From contig CAVZJB010000011.1 in NCBI GenBank assembly GCA_963775425.1, forward strand, positions 896,001 to 960,000: 64,000 nucleotides of DNA, read 5' to 3'. Both the position numbers and the translations under genes were made by a program. The notes beneath the pieces are model-generated. The model saw nothing but the letters and a program-made list of their open reading frames with translations, did no database searches and had not been told where the DNA came from. Of this stretch, positions 22,732 through 39,076 are shown one piece after another; the first letter of the stretch is position 1; each line of letters starts with the position of its first letter. The stretch comes from an uncultured delta proteobacterium (GTDB lineage: Bacteria > Myxococcota > UBA727 > VGSZ01).

Positions 22732-23705
22732 CGTCGTCATCGAGCGCACCGGGGGCCGGCCGCTTCACCGTAGGCACGCGGGGGAGCGCCCTCGCCCGCT
22801 GGCAGACCGACCACGTGAGCACACGGTTGCGCGCCGCCCGCGCCGCGGCCGGGCTGCCGGCTGTCGACGTCGAGGTCCGGGTCATCACCACGTCGGGCGA
22901 CGTCAGCAAAGCCGAGCGCCTCGCCGGCACCATGGAGAAGGGCTTCTTCACCGCCGAGCTCGAGGCCGCGCTCAGGAGCGGGGAGATCGACTGGGCCGTG
23001 CACTCGCTCAAGGACCTGCCCACGCGCCTGGCCGACGACCTCGACGTCGTCGCCGTGCTCGAGCGCGCGCCGCCCACGGATTTGTTGATCATGGACCCGG
23101 CGTTCTTCGTCGACAACGGCTGGCTCCTGTTGCCGCTCAAGGACGGGGCGCGGGTGGGGACGTCGTCGCTGCGGCGCGACGCCATGCTGCGCACGCACGC
23201 GCCGGGTTGCACCTCGCAGCCGCTCCGCGGCAACGTGCCCACGCGCGTCGAGAAGCTGCGCCGCCACGACTACGACGCCATCGTGCTCGCGCGCGCCGGC
23301 GTCGAGCGCCTCGGCCTGTCGTTCGACGGCTTGAAGGTCATCGAGCTCGACGCGCGCGCGTGGCCGCCGGCGCCGGGGCAGGGGGCGGTGGCCGTGGAGG
23401 GGCGCAAGGACGACGCGCGCATCCGCGAGCTGCTCGCGCCCCTCGACCACCAGGAGACGCGGCGGGCCGCCGAGCTCGAGCGCGGGTTCCTGCGCGTGCT
23501 CGAGGGCGGCTGCTCCACGCCGTTCGGCTGCTTCGTCGACGAGGACGACGCCTACGCCGGCCGCGACCTCGATGGCACCTGGGTGAGCGCCACGGTGCAC
23601 CTGCCCGAGACCATCGACGACGCCTTCATCCAAAGAGCACTCGACAACTTGAAGAGAGATCCGGAGAGAACCGATGACCACCACAAGCTCTGGCGCCCCC
23701 TCTAA
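22728..23705 (+). CDS. hemC: hydroxymethylbilane synthase
   Basis: GTRGSALA, VHSLKDLP, GTSSLRR, RGNV, PAPGQGA and LEGGC. Confidence 0.97.
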   Translation: MTSSSSAPGAGRFTVGTRGSALARWQTDHVSTRLRAARAAAGLPAVDVEVRVITTSGDVSKAERLAGTMEKGFFTAELEAALRSGEIDWAVHSLKDLPTRLADDLDVVAVLERAPPTDLLIMDPAFFVDNGWLLLPLKDGARVGTSSLRRDAMLRTHAPGCTSQPLRGNVPTRVEKLRRHDYDAIVLARAGVERLGLSFDGLKVIELDARAWPPAPGQGAVAVEGRKDDARIRELLAPLDHQETRRAAELERGFLRVLEGGCSTPFGCFVDEDDAYAGRDLDGTWVSATVHLPETIDDAFIQRALDNLKRDPERTDDHHKLWRPL

Positions 23706-24975
23706 CGCCCGCCCGGAGACGCGGTCCAAGGAGCTCTTCGCGCGCGCGCAGAAGCTCATCCCGGGCGGCGTCTCGAGCCCCGTGCGCGCCTTCCGCCACG
23801 TCGGCGGCGACCCCGTGTTCATCAAGAGCGGCAAGGGCTCGGTCATCGAGGACGAGGACGGCAACAGCTACGTCGACTTCTGCCTCGCCTGGGGCCCGCT
23901 CATCCTCGGGCACGCCCACCCCGCCGTCGTCGAGGCCACCGGAAAGGCGCTCAAGGACGGCTTCATGTTCGGCGCGTGCCACCGCTTCGAGGCGCAGCTC
24001 GCCGAGCGCGTGCTCGAGGCGTTCCCCTACGCCGACCGCGCCCGCTTCGTCGTCAGCGGCACCGAGGCCGTGCTCACGGCGGTGCGGCTCGCGCGCGCGC
24101 ACACCAACCGGCGGCTGCTGGTGAAGTTCTCCGGTTGCTACCACGGCCACGTCGACGCCCTGCTGGTCAAGGCCGGCAGCGGCGTCGCCACGCTCGGCCT
24201 CGCCGAGAGCGCGGGCGTCACCGAGGGCACGGCGCACGACACCGTGGTGCTGCCGCTCGGCGACGAGGAGGCCTTGCGTCAATGCTTCCAGAAGTACGGA
24301 AGCGAGGTCGCCGCCTGCATCCTCGAGCCGCTGCCCGCCAACAACGGACTGCTGCCGCAGCCGGGCTCCTGGCTCAAGCTCATCCGCGACCTCACCTCGG
24401 AGCACGGGGCGCTGTTGATCTTCGACGAGGTCATCACCGGCTTCCGCTTCGGCTACCACGGCGTGGCCAAGGTGAGCGGCGTCGACGTGGAGCCCGACCT
24501 CACCACGCTCGGCAAGATCATCGGCGGCGGCATGCCCGTGGGCGGCGTCGTCGGGCGCCGCGCCATCCTGGAGCGCCTCGCGCCGCTCGGCCGCGTGTAT
24601 CAGGCGGGCACCATGGCGGGGAACCCGGTGGCGCTCGCCGCCGGCATCGCGACCCTCGACGAGCTGAAGAAGGGCGACGCGCACAAGCTCATCGCCGGCC
24701 TCGGCGCTCGCCTCGAAGAGGGCCTCAAGCACAAGAAGATCCCCGTGCAGCGCATGGGCGGCGTCTTCTGGATCTACCTCGACGACACCGCTCCCATCCC
24801 GCACGCCGCGGAGGCCATCACCGACAAGGCGGTGGAGGCGTACCGCGCGCGCTACCGCGGCTGGCTCGACAAGGGCGTGTACCTGCCGCCGTCGGCGTAC
24901 GAGGTCGGCTTCCTGTCGAGCGCCCACGACAACGAAGACGTCGACAAGCTCGTCGCCGCCGTGGCCGGGGGCTGA
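23674..24975 (+). CDS. hemL: glutamate-1-semialdehyde aminomutase
   Basis: PGGVSSPVRAF, SGTEA, GCYHGH, FDEVITGFR, GKIIGGGMP and YQAGT. Confidence 0.96.
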   Translation: MTTTSSGAPSNARPETRSKELFARAQKLIPGGVSSPVRAFRHVGGDPVFIKSGKGSVIEDEDGNSYVDFCLAWGPLILGHAHPAVVEATGKALKDGFMFGACHRFEAQLAERVLEAFPYADRARFVVSGTEAVLTAVRLARAHTNRRLLVKFSGCYHGHVDALLVKAGSGVATLGLAESAGVTEGTAHDTVVLPLGDEEALRQCFQKYGSEVAACILEPLPANNGLLPQPGSWLKLIRDLTSEHGALLIFDEVITGFRFGYHGVAKVSGVDVEPDLTTLGKIIGGGMPVGGVVGRRAILERLAPLGRVYQAGTMAGNPVALAAGIATLDELKKGDAHKLIAGLGARLEEGLKHKKIPVQRMGGVFWIYLDDTAPIPHAAEAITDKAVEAYRARYRGWLDKGVYLPPSAYEVGFLSSAHDNEDVDKLVAAVAGG

Positions 24976-25015
24976 GGGCCTCGATGCGCGCGGGACGCTT
25001 CACGAGGTCCGCCCC

Positions 25016-26066
<1,051 letters not shown>

Positions 26067-26077
<11 letters not shown>

Positions 26078-26813
26078 GCGGTCGGGGGCCGGGGCGGCGC
26101 TGAAGCGCATCCTCGTCATCGAGGACGAGCCGCTCGTGCGCGACCTCGTGGCGCTCAACCTGTCGCACGCCGGCTACGACGTGAGCACGGCCACCACGTT
26201 CAGCGAAGGGTTCACGGCCATCACCGCCAGCCTCTTCGACGTCGCCATCGTCGACGTCATGCTCCCCGGCGGCGACGGGATGGAGCTCGTGCGCAAGGCG
26301 CGCGAAGCCGGCGTGCGCTGCCCCATCCTCATCCTCACGGCGCGCAACGAGACCACCGCCAAGGTGCGCGGGCTCGACGTCGGCGCCGACGATTACGTCA
26401 CCAAGCCCTTCGACGTGCCCGAGCTCCTCGCCCGCGTGCGCGCGCTGCTGCGCCGCGTGGGCGCGCCGGCGACGCCCTCGGCCAGGGCGCCGCAGGTGGC
26501 GTTCGACAAGTACTGGCTGCGCTTCGACAGCGGGCGGGCGATGACCAACGAGGGCGAGGTCACGCTCTCAGACAAGGAGCTGCGCCTGATGGAGCAGCTC
26601 ATCTCGCACGAAAACCGCGTCCTCAGCCGCGCCAATCTCCTCGAGGAGGTCTGGGGCATGGACGCGTTCCCCACCGACCGCACCATCGACAACTTCATCC
26701 TCCGCCTGCGCCGGCTGTTCGAGCCCGACCCGGAGAACCCCGTGCACCTCCTCACCGTGCGAGGCCGCGGCTACATGTTCCGCTCCTCGAGCGAACCGGA
26801 AGATCCCCGATGA
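26067..26813 (+). CDS. OmpR/PhoB-family response regulator
   Basis: IEDE, DVMLP, GADDYVTKPF, wHTH RTIDNFILRLR and TVRGRGY. Confidence 0.95.
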
Positions 26814-28072
26814 CCACCGACGACCCCGCGCCCGCCCCTCCGAAGCCGACGCCCGCGCCGTCGCCGCCGGCCTCGTCGAGGCCGCCGCCCGCGGCGTCGC
26901 CGTCCGCGAAGCCGGCGCAGGCCAGGCCCGCGTCGAAGCCGGCGCCGGCGTCGAAGTCCGCGCTCCCCGTGCTGAAGGCGCACAAGGCGGCGGTCATCCT
27001 CATCAACGTCGGCACCCCCGACGCCCCGACCACGGCCGCGGTGCGGCAGTACCTCGACGAGTTCCTCGGGGACCCGCGCGTGCTCGACACCTCGGCGCTG
27101 TCGCGATGGTTCCTGTTGAACCTCGTCATCCTGCCGTTTCGCTCGCCCAAGAGCGCCAAGCAGTACGCGTCCATCTGGGACAACCGCGGCTCACCGCTGT
27201 TGTTCCACACCACCGATCTCGCGGAGAAGCTGCGCGCGCGCCTGCCCGGCGTCGACGTCATCGTGGGCATGCGCTACGGCAACCCGTCGCTCAAGGGCGC
27301 GCTCGAGCAGGCGGCGCAGGCGGGGGCGAGCCGCATCGTCCTCGCGCCCATGTTCCCGCAGTACGCCTCGGCCAGCACCGGCACCGCCCTCGAGCTCGCC
27401 TACGGCGTCCTCGGCAAGCTGCCGCGCGTCCCCGACGTCAGCGTGGTGCCGCCGTTCTTCGACGACGCCGGCTTCCTCGACAGCGTGGCCGCCACCGTCC
27501 GCGAGTCCCTCACTTCTACGACTGCGGAAATGACAAAGGCAGGCGTCGGCCGCAAGGAGATCGGGGCGGCCATCGACAAGCGGGTCGACCACGTCCTGTT
27601 CAGCTACCACGGCCTCCCGCTGCACCAGGTGCAGGCCGTCCACCCCACCTGTCAGGGGAACGAGGACTGCTGCGCCGCGCTCGGCCCGCAAAACGCCTCC
27701 TGCTACCGGGCGCAGTGCATGTCCACCACGCGCGCGCTCGTCGCCCGGCTCGGCATCACCAGGTTCTCGACGAGCTTCCAGTCCCGGCTCGGCCGCGCGG
27801 TGTGGCTCCTGCCCAACACCGAGCGCGTCCTCGCGGAGCTCGCCGAGGGCGGCGTCAAGCGCCTGGCCGTGGTCTGCCCGTCGTTCGTCGCCGACTGCCT
27901 CGAGACCGTCGAGGAGATCGGCGTTCGCGCGCGAAAGACCTTCACCGAAGCCGGCGGCACCGAGCTCCACTTCATCCCCTGCGTGAACGCGCGCGAGGAC
28001 TTCGCCGACGCCGTCAGCGCCATGGTGAACCGCGCGCTCGGCGCGCCCGTGGGGGACGGGGGGGCGGCATGA
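26810..28072 (+). CDS. hemH: ferrochelatase with Cys-rich insert
   Basis: NVGTP, GSPL, MRYGNP, PMFPQYA, FSYHGLP, FQSR and DCLETVEEI. Confidence 0.95.
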   Translation: MTTDDPAPAPPKPTPAPSPPASSRPPPAASPSAKPAQARPASKPAPASKSALPVLKAHKAAVILINVGTPDAPTTAAVRQYLDEFLGDPRVLDTSALSRWFLLNLVILPFRSPKSAKQYASIWDNRGSPLLFHTTDLAEKLRARLPGVDVIVGMRYGNPSLKGALEQAAQAGASRIVLAPMFPQYASASTGTALELAYGVLGKLPRVPDVSVVPPFFDDAGFLDSVAATVRESLTSTTAEMTKAGVGRKEIGAAIDKRVDHVLFSYHGLPLHQVQAVHPTCQGNEDCCAALGPQNASCYRAQCMSTTRALVARLGITRFSTSFQSRLGRAVWLLPNTERVLAELAEGGVKRLAVVCPSFVADCLETVEEIGVRARKTFTEAGGTELHFIPCVNAREDFADAVSAMVNRALGAPVGDGGAA

Positions 28073-28082
28073 GGAGACGGCG

Positions 28083-28994
28083 ATGACGACGACGACGGAG
28101 ACGCGCGACTACCTGCGGGGTCTTCAGGACCGGATCATCGGGGCGCTCGAGCGCGTCGACAAAAAGAGCTTTCGGCGCGACGCGTGGAAGAAGGAGCCGG
28201 GCGCCAAGCTCGGCGGCGAGGGCCTCACCTGCGTGCTCGAGGGCGGCAACGTCTTCGAGCGCGCCGGCGTCAGCTTCAGTCACGTCGAGGGTGCGGCGCT
28301 GCCGCCGGCGGCGACGGCGCGCCACCCGGAGCTCGCGGGGCGGCCCTTCACGGCCATGGGCGTCTCCATCGTCATCCACCCGCACAACCCGTACGTGCCC
28401 ACGAGCCACATGAACGTCCGCTCCCTCTCGACCGCGGCGCCGTCGTCCGGCGAGGGACGAGCGGTGAGCTGGAACGGCGGCGGCTTCGACCTCACGCCCT
28501 ACTACCCGTTCCACGACGACGTCATTCACTGGCACACGGTGGCCAAGCGCGCCTGCGACCCGTTCGGCGCAGAGCTCTACGCGCAGATGAAGGCGCGCTG
28601 CGACGAGTACTTCTTCCTCAAGCACCGCGACGAGTGCCGCGGCGTCGGCGGCCTCTTCTTCGACGACCTCGAGGACGGCTTCGCCGTGATGAAGAGCGTG
28701 GGCGACGCGTTCGTCGACGCGTACGTGCCCATCGTCGACAAGCGCAAGGACACGTCGTTCGGCGAGCGCGAGCGCGCTTTCCAGCTCTACCGGCGCGGGC
28801 GCTACGTGGAGTTCAACCTCGTCCTCGACCGCGGCACGCACTTCGGGCTGCAGTCGGGCGGGCGCACCGAGTCCATCCTGACGTCGATGCCGCCGCTGGC
28901 GTCGTGGCGCTACGACTTCCGACCCGAGGAGGGCTCGCCCGAAGCGCGCCTCGCCGACTACCTCAAGCCGCGCAACTGGCTCGCGGCAGGGTGA
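28083..28994 (+). CDS. hemF: oxygen-dependent coproporphyrinogen III oxidase
   Basis: [31 protein letters not shown] and [10 protein letters not shown]. Confidence 0.97.
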   Translation: MTTTTETRDYLRGLQDRIIGALERVDKKSFRRDAWKKEPGAKLGGEGLTCVLEGGNVFERAGVSFSHVEGAALPPAATARHPELAGRPFTAMGVSIVIHPHNPYVPTSHMNVRSLSTAAPSSGEGRAVSWNGGGFDLTPYYPFHDDVIHWHTVAKRACDPFGAELYAQMKARCDEYFFLKHRDECRGVGGLFFDDLEDGFAVMKSVGDAFVDAYVPIVDKRKDTSFGERERAFQLYRRGRYVEFNLVLDRGTHFGLQSGGRTESILTSMPPLASWRYDFRPEEGSPEARLADYLKPRNWLAAG

Positions 28995-29001
28995 TTCTCG
29001 C

Positions 29002-30132
29002 ATGGCTCCCGCGCACGACCCGATGGCATCGCTCGAGGCGCTCCTGGCCGCCGCCGCCCGGGGTGAGCCGGTGAGCGGCGACGTCGTGCGCTTCCTGCGG
29101 CCCGACGGCGTCATGGGCGCGCTCGTGCAGATGCCGCTCACCGAGGTGCTCCAGAACATGGACTTCGCCAAGAAGTCCGGGCGCGTCGACGTGTGGCTCG
29201 AAGGGGTGCAGGGCACCGTGCGGGTGCACGACGGGCAGATCGTGCACGCGGTGGCCACGACGCACGAGGGAACCGTCGAGGGTGAGACCGCGGTCCTCGA
29301 GCTGTGCCGAGAGGCCGACGGCTACTTCAGCATCCGGTACGTCCGCGACGACGTCGATCAGAACGTGCATCGGCCCACCACCTTCGTGTTGCTCGAGGCG
29401 TTGCGGGTCATCGACGAGGCGCGCGCCAGGGCCGTGCCCGCGGCCATCGACCTCGGCGGCGGCGGTCCCCCGCTCGACGTCGGCGCCATCGACGTCGCCG
29501 TCCGCGACGTGTTCCCGCCGTTCTTGCAGGAGGACGACCAGGCGAGCCCGTGGGACGAGCCGAGCGCGAGCCTCGACATCGAGGTCGCCACCGCCGAGCC
29601 GCTCGAGGACTTCGATGCAGGCCCCGACAAGAGCCTCGTCGACCTCATCGCGGAGTCCGAGCTCCTCGTCGCCGCCGGCGACCTCGATCGCGCGCGCCGC
29701 GTGCTCTCGCGGGCGCAGGGCCTCGCGCCCGAGAACGACGACGTGCGACGCAGGCTGCTGCGCGTCAAGGAGTCCATCGACGCGGCCCACGCAAACGCGC
29801 TCATCGAGCAGGCCATGCGCGGCGGGCCCAGGGCGGTGGAGCTCGCTCGGCGCGCCACCCAGCTCCGCCCCGTGCGCGACGTGCTCCTGCGCTCGCTCGC
29901 CGTGTTCGCCCGCGGCGGCGCCCACGACGAGGTCGCCGACGTCGCGGAGCAGTTGCTCGAGCTCGACCCGGACGACGTCGGCGCCTTGCGTACGCTCCTC
30001 GACGCCAACGTCGCGATGAAGCGTTGGGCCGTGGCGCTCCGGGCCGCGGAGGCGCTGCTCAAGGCGCGCCCGCAGGACGAGCAGTTGCGCGCGACATACC
30101 AGCGCGTGCTCGAGCTCTCCGGCCGCACCTGA
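29002..30132 (+). CDS. DUF4388 (PATAN-like) + TPR protein
   Basis: MGAL..MPLTEVLQ...KKSG.V...G.I.HA and LLEALR.IDE, C-terminal TPR-like helices. Confidence 0.75.
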   Translation: MAPAHDPMASLEALLAAAARGEPVSGDVVRFLRPDGVMGALVQMPLTEVLQNMDFAKKSGRVDVWLEGVQGTVRVHDGQIVHAVATTHEGTVEGETAVLELCREADGYFSIRYVRDDVDQNVHRPTTFVLLEALRVIDEARARAVPAAIDLGGGGPPLDVGAIDVAVRDVFPPFLQEDDQASPWDEPSASLDIEVATAEPLEDFDAGPDKSLVDLIAESELLVAAGDLDRARRVLSRAQGLAPENDDVRRRLLRVKESIDAAHANALIEQAMRGGPRAVELARRATQLRPVRDVLLRSLAVFARGGAHDEVADVAEQLLELDPDDVGALRTLLDANVAMKRWAVALRAAEALLKARPQDEQLRATYQRVLELSGRT

Positions 30133-30141
30133 GCGCGCCGC

Positions 30142-33486
<3,345 letters not shown>

Positions 33487-33574
33487 GCGGCGAGTCTATC
33501 CGATATCCGTCCACGGAGTTGTGTACGAGAGGGAGGTGCTTTTCGCGCAGGAGCGGATGCGCGAGCGTGAAGAC

Positions 33575-34819
33575 GTGAAACGAACGTTGCTCATCATCGT
33601 CGCGCTCTTTGCGCTTTGCTTCGTCGCCTGGCTCCTGCTGTCGCGCGGTGGCGACGCGGGTCCCGCCGCGCCGACGGCGCGACCCGCGGCGGCGGATCGG
33701 CCCGCGCCCGCAACCGCCGCCGTCGTCGACGCGCCGGCGCCCGCTGTTTTGCGGACGGCGACGCGCGCGCCGAGCCCGCGGCTGTTCGACGTGGCGCCGG
33801 CGCCGGGCGACACCGCGCCGCCTTGCGCGCTCGACGGCCGCGTCGTCGCCGAAGGGCGGCCCGTCGCGGGCGTCGCGGTGACGCTGCGCCGTCAGGAGGA
33901 GTGGACGACGGTCGCGCGCGCCTCGGTGACGACCGGCGCCGGCGGCGCGTTCTCGTTCGGCGATGTGCGGCACGCCTGGTACCGCGTCTCGGTGGAACAG
34001 GACGGCTGGCTCCCCGCCACGAAGGCGTGGCGCTGCGACGACGGCGCGCCGCGGACGCTCGAGCTCGAGCTCGAGCGGGGCGACGCCAGGATCCACGGGC
34101 GCGTCACCGACGAAGCGGGCGGGCCGATCGCCGACGTCGACGTCACGGTGCAGGAAGTCGGCAGCGCCAACCACTTCCGCGTCGCGACGTACGTGGGCGT
34201 CGACGACGACGGCCGCTTTCAGCTCACGGTCGCGGGCGGCGCGCCGGAGGGCGGCGGGCCCAAGTACCGCGTCTACGCGACGGCGCCGGGCTACGGCTTC
34301 AAAGACCTCGACTGCAGCCCGGCCGTCGGTGACGACGTCACCCTCGCCTTCATGCTGCCGCGGGAGGGCTGGGTCGAGGGCGTGGTCACGACGAGCGACG
34401 GCGCGCCCGCCGCCGGCGCGGACGTCTTTCAGAAGGGCAAGGGCGCGCTCGTGGGCACGAGGACCGACGCCGAAGGGAAGTTCGCGATGGCCATGCGCCC
34501 CGGCTTCCCCCTCGACGTGGTCGCGCGCCTGCACGGTGAGACCGGGCGCGCCGCGTTGTCGCCGCTGTCGAAGGGCGAGTCGCGACTCGGCGTCACCGTG
34601 GCGCTCGCGCCCGGGCGCACGGTCAGCGGCCACGTCGAGGGGACGAGCGACGTCGGCGGGCTCGCCGTCCTGGTCACCGAGGTGGGCCTGGGGGGCGTGG
34701 TGGTCCCCACGACGACCGACGACGCCGGGCGGTTCAGCGTGGACGGGATGCCGGCCGTGTCGCTGCGGGCGATCCTGCGCGCTCCCGCCGTCGGTGTCGC
34801 CGTCATCGACGACGAGTAG
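33575..34819 (+). CDS. carboxypeptidase-regulatory-like (Cna-B/transthyretin) repeat protein
   Basis: N-terminal TM, repeated G.V....G.P...V.V and TD..G.F motifs. Confidence 0.75.
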   Translation: MKRTLLIIVALFALCFVAWLLLSRGGDAGPAAPTARPAAADRPAPATAAVVDAPAPAVLRTATRAPSPRLFDVAPAPGDTAPPCALDGRVVAEGRPVAGVAVTLRRQEEWTTVARASVTTGAGGAFSFGDVRHAWYRVSVEQDGWLPATKAWRCDDGAPRTLELELERGDARIHGRVTDEAGGPIADVDVTVQEVGSANHFRVATYVGVDDDGRFQLTVAGGAPEGGGPKYRVYATAPGYGFKDLDCSPAVGDDVTLAFMLPREGWVEGVVTTSDGAPAAGADVFQKGKGALVGTRTDAEGKFAMAMRPGFPLDVVARLHGETGRAALSPLSKGESRLGVTVALAPGRTVSGHVEGTSDVGGLAVLVTEVGLGGVVVPTTTDDAGRFSVDGMPAVSLRAILRAPAVGVAVIDDE

Positions 34820-34954
34820 GCCGGCCGGCCCCGAAGCGGCGCCCACCGTCGATACAATCACGGTCGATTGGAAGTTGCCGTCGACGTCGACGGTTTCCGT
34901 CTACGACGTTGAGCCGAACATCGCGTCGACACGCGCGCGGTACTCGTTCGCTCC

Positions 34955-36412
34955 ATGGACTCGAAGCCGGCCGCTCTCCTCGTGCTCATGCTCGCCGCCG
35001 CCTGTGGCGCGCCCGTGTCGCAGGACATGCACCTCGCCGCCAGCGCCGAGGAGGCGCCCGCCGACGGGATCACCGAGGTCACGCTGCGCGCCTCGCTCGC
35101 GGGCGCGCCCGCCGGGGCCGTCGTCACGTTCACCATCGACGGCCCCGGCCTCCTCACCAAGACGAACGCGGCCGTCGAACAAGGCGTCGCCACGGTGGAG
35201 CTCTACGCGCCGTTCGAGTCCGACCTGGGCGGCGCCGCCACGGTGACGTCGACGGTGCACGCCACCGCGAGCTTCGACGGCGCCGCCACCGCCGACGCGA
35301 CCGTCTCGTTCACGGTGCCCACCGACGGCGCGCCCGCGCTCTCCGCCCGCGCCGAGCCCGATCGCGTCACCGCGGGCGGCGACGACGTCATCCGCCTCGT
35401 CGTCGACGGCCGCCGCCTCTCGAGCGCTGCCGTCACGCTCTCGGCCGCGCCCGCCGGCGTCGTCTCGCTGCCGGCGTCGATCACGCTCGACGAGACCGAG
35501 CCGGCGTTCTTCCACGGGACGCTCGATGTCGCGGCTCCCGCGTCCCCCGCGGACGTCACCGTCCACCTGAGCGCCGCCGGCGCCGCCGCCGACGCCGTGC
35601 TCCACTTCGTCGCGCCGGACGCGCCGCAGTTCGATCTCAGCGGCACCTTCGCCGAGGTGCAGTACGGCGTGGTGAAGATCGGCGACCTCATCTTCCTCGA
35701 CCCCGACCCGCAGTGCGTCATCGCGCCCACGCTGTTGCTCTCGCGCATCGTGCAGACGGGCCGCCACCTCGAGATCAGCAGCGAGACGTGCGACGTGCAG
35801 ATGCCGTCGGTCCGCGTGGTGTTCGTGGGCGAGAGCACCACCACCGTGGGGCCGGGCTTCGTGGACGCCACCAACGCGCGCGCCCCCGGCCCGCTCGAGG
35901 TCGAGCTCGGCGACGGCGACCTCGGACCCGGCGCCGCCTTCCAGCCCACGGTGGCGTCGTTCTCGGCGGCGCTCGTCGTGGGCGCCGACCTCGCGAGCCC
36001 CGAGGACGCGCTGCCCACCACCGCCGACGACCCGCGCGTCGCCGACGACGACAACGACGGCAACCCGGGCGTCACCATCCACAACTCCAATGAAGGCGAC
36101 CAGTACTGCGTCTTCCGCACCAGGACGTCGTCGATGAGCGGGTCCATCGTGGACTCCGACGGCATCGACGGGGTCGTCATCGGCGACACCGAGACCAACA
36201 TCCTGAACGGCGGCGGCGGCGGCTTGAGCCCGACCGTCACCGGCGCCCCCTCGCCGTTTTCCTTCCGGCGCGTCGACGGCAGAAACGGCGCGCCCGACAT
36301 CGCCGGCCGCGACGGCGACCCGGGCTCCATCTCCTGTGACGACGTCAAGAGCTACGCGGCCGAGCTGATGGCCGACGCCCCTCCTCCCGACACGAGCACC
36401 GCATGCGACTGA
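34955..36412 (+). CDS. lipoprotein with Ig-like (invasin-type) domains and an acidic C-terminal domain
   Basis: LAAAC lipobox, PADG..VTL, DDDNDGNPGVT. Confidence 0.7.
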   Translation: MDSKPAALLVLMLAAACGAPVSQDMHLAASAEEAPADGITEVTLRASLAGAPAGAVVTFTIDGPGLLTKTNAAVEQGVATVELYAPFESDLGGAATVTSTVHATASFDGAATADATVSFTVPTDGAPALSARAEPDRVTAGGDDVIRLVVDGRRLSSAAVTLSAAPAGVVSLPASITLDETEPAFFHGTLDVAAPASPADVTVHLSAAGAAADAVLHFVAPDAPQFDLSGTFAEVQYGVVKIGDLIFLDPDPQCVIAPTLLLSRIVQTGRHLEISSETCDVQMPSVRVVFVGESTTTVGPGFVDATNARAPGPLEVELGDGDLGPGAAFQPTVASFSAALVVGADLASPEDALPTTADDPRVADDDNDGNPGVTIHNSNEGDQYCVFRTRTSSMSGSIVDSDGIDGVVIGDTETNILNGGGGGLSPTVTGAPSPFSFRRVDGRNGAPDIAGRDGDPGSISCDDVKSYAAELMADAPPPDTSTACD

Positions 36413-37585
36413 TCTGTTTCCCTCGCCCCGAACGCGCGCGGCCGCGCAACGCCCGTGGGCACGTGTTGCTCGTCGCGCTCTTCAGCAGCGTCGCCGGCTG
36501 CGTGACCTTGCTCGACGACGCCGGCGCCCTCGACCTGCCCGTCGCGGACTTGTCGTGCCCTGCGGAGGTGCAGGCGGGGACGTCGTTCACCGTCGACGGC
36601 TCGGCCAGCCGCGCGCCCGCGGGCGGCTTCGCCTCCACGACGCTGACGCTCGTCCCCGGCGACCAGAGCGAGGATGCGCTCACGGCCACCTTCAGCGCCG
36701 ACGGCGCCGGCGTGGCCACCGCGCGGCTCGTGGTCGTCGACGCCGCCGGCAACACCGCGGAGGCCCGCTGCCGCATCGTCGTCGACGCGGCCGCCGGCGG
36801 CGAGGGCGAAGGCGAAGGTGACGACGCCGGCGAGGGCGAGGGCGAGGACGGCGTCGACCTCACCGGCACCTTCGCGCTGGTGGCGTACGACCACCCGCGG
36901 CTCGAGGGCGGCAGCCTCGACCCCGACGTGCAGTGCGGCGCCTCGCCCGCGCTGTCCTTCGTCACCGTCGAGCAGAGCGGGTCGCACGTGTCGCTCAGCG
37001 CGCGCACGTGCTCGGTGTCCCTGCCCGACGTGCAGATCCTCGGGCTCGGCGTGCAACACACCGACATCCCCGCGGCGCTCGTCGACGCGCTGCCGCCGGT
37101 GACGGCGTCGTTCGACCTCGACGGCACCACGCCCGGCGCGACCTTCGCGCCGCCGCTCGATCAGAATCGGCGCGGCGCAGATCGCGGGCGCGCACCTCGA
37201 CGACCCCGACGGGCCGCTCCCCACCGACGCCAACGACCCGCAGGTGCAGGACGACGACGGCGACGGCTGGCCCGGCGCCACCATCTTCGCCTCGGGCAAC
37301 GCCGAGGACGTCGTGTACCGGCGCTTCATCCGCGCGTTCCGCGGCACCATCGTCGACGCCGACGAGATCGACGGCTCCGACGACGGCAGCTACCAGGCCG
37401 AGAGCCAGGCGGCGCTCCTGTCGAACGTGCTCGGCTTCATGGTCCCCTCGGGCGAGGGCCTGCCGTCGACGTTCCGCATGGTCCGCTTCGACGGCGCCGG
37501 CTGCGACGACGTCCGCGCCGCCGCCGACGCCCTCCTCGCCGCGTTCCCCGCGCCGGCCGCCCCCGACGGGTGCGCCTCGTTCTGA
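36403..37585 (+). pseudogene. frameshifted lipoprotein (PKD-like domain + paralog of the upstream C-terminal domain)
   Basis: One extra base at about 37165 (gat cag a atc). The +1 frame continues IGAAQIAGAHLDDPDGPLPTDANDP..DDDGDGWPG, matching the upstream paralog, and stops at 37585. Confidence 0.75.
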
Positions 37586-37646
37586 GGGCCTCGCGCCCGC
37601 GGACGGCGACCGCTCCCCGAGCACGCGCGCGGCGGGGCGGGGACGC

Positions 37647-38792
<1,146 letters not shown>

Positions 38793-38875
38793 CGCCCCGC
38801 GGATCGTAGCGCCTCGCCGGGGCGGGGCGCGAGCACGCCGCCGCCGGTGTCCGGCCCAAGCGGAAGCCCCACGGC

Positions 38876-38965
38876 GCCGGCGTCGACGGGATCGGCGACG
38901 ACGGCATCGGCGACGACGGCATCGGCGACGACGGCATCGGCGCCAACGGGATCGGCGACGGGCCC
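38876..38965. repeat. intergenic 15-bp tandem repeat atcggcgacgacggc
   Basis: Three exact copies at 38891-38935 plus degenerate flanking copies. Confidence 0.85.
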
Positions 38966-39076
38966 CAGGCGCGCGTCGCCCGCCGCGTCAATGCGGGGCG
39001 CGTTTCCCGCGGTGGTTGCAGTGTGCGTTCTGCGTGCCATCACGCCGGCTGCCCCCCACCCGGAGGTCATGACGTC

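Noticed and set aside
37160-37170. Programmed ribosomal frameshift
   Set aside because: No slippery heptamer or homopolymer. A simple indel is more likely.
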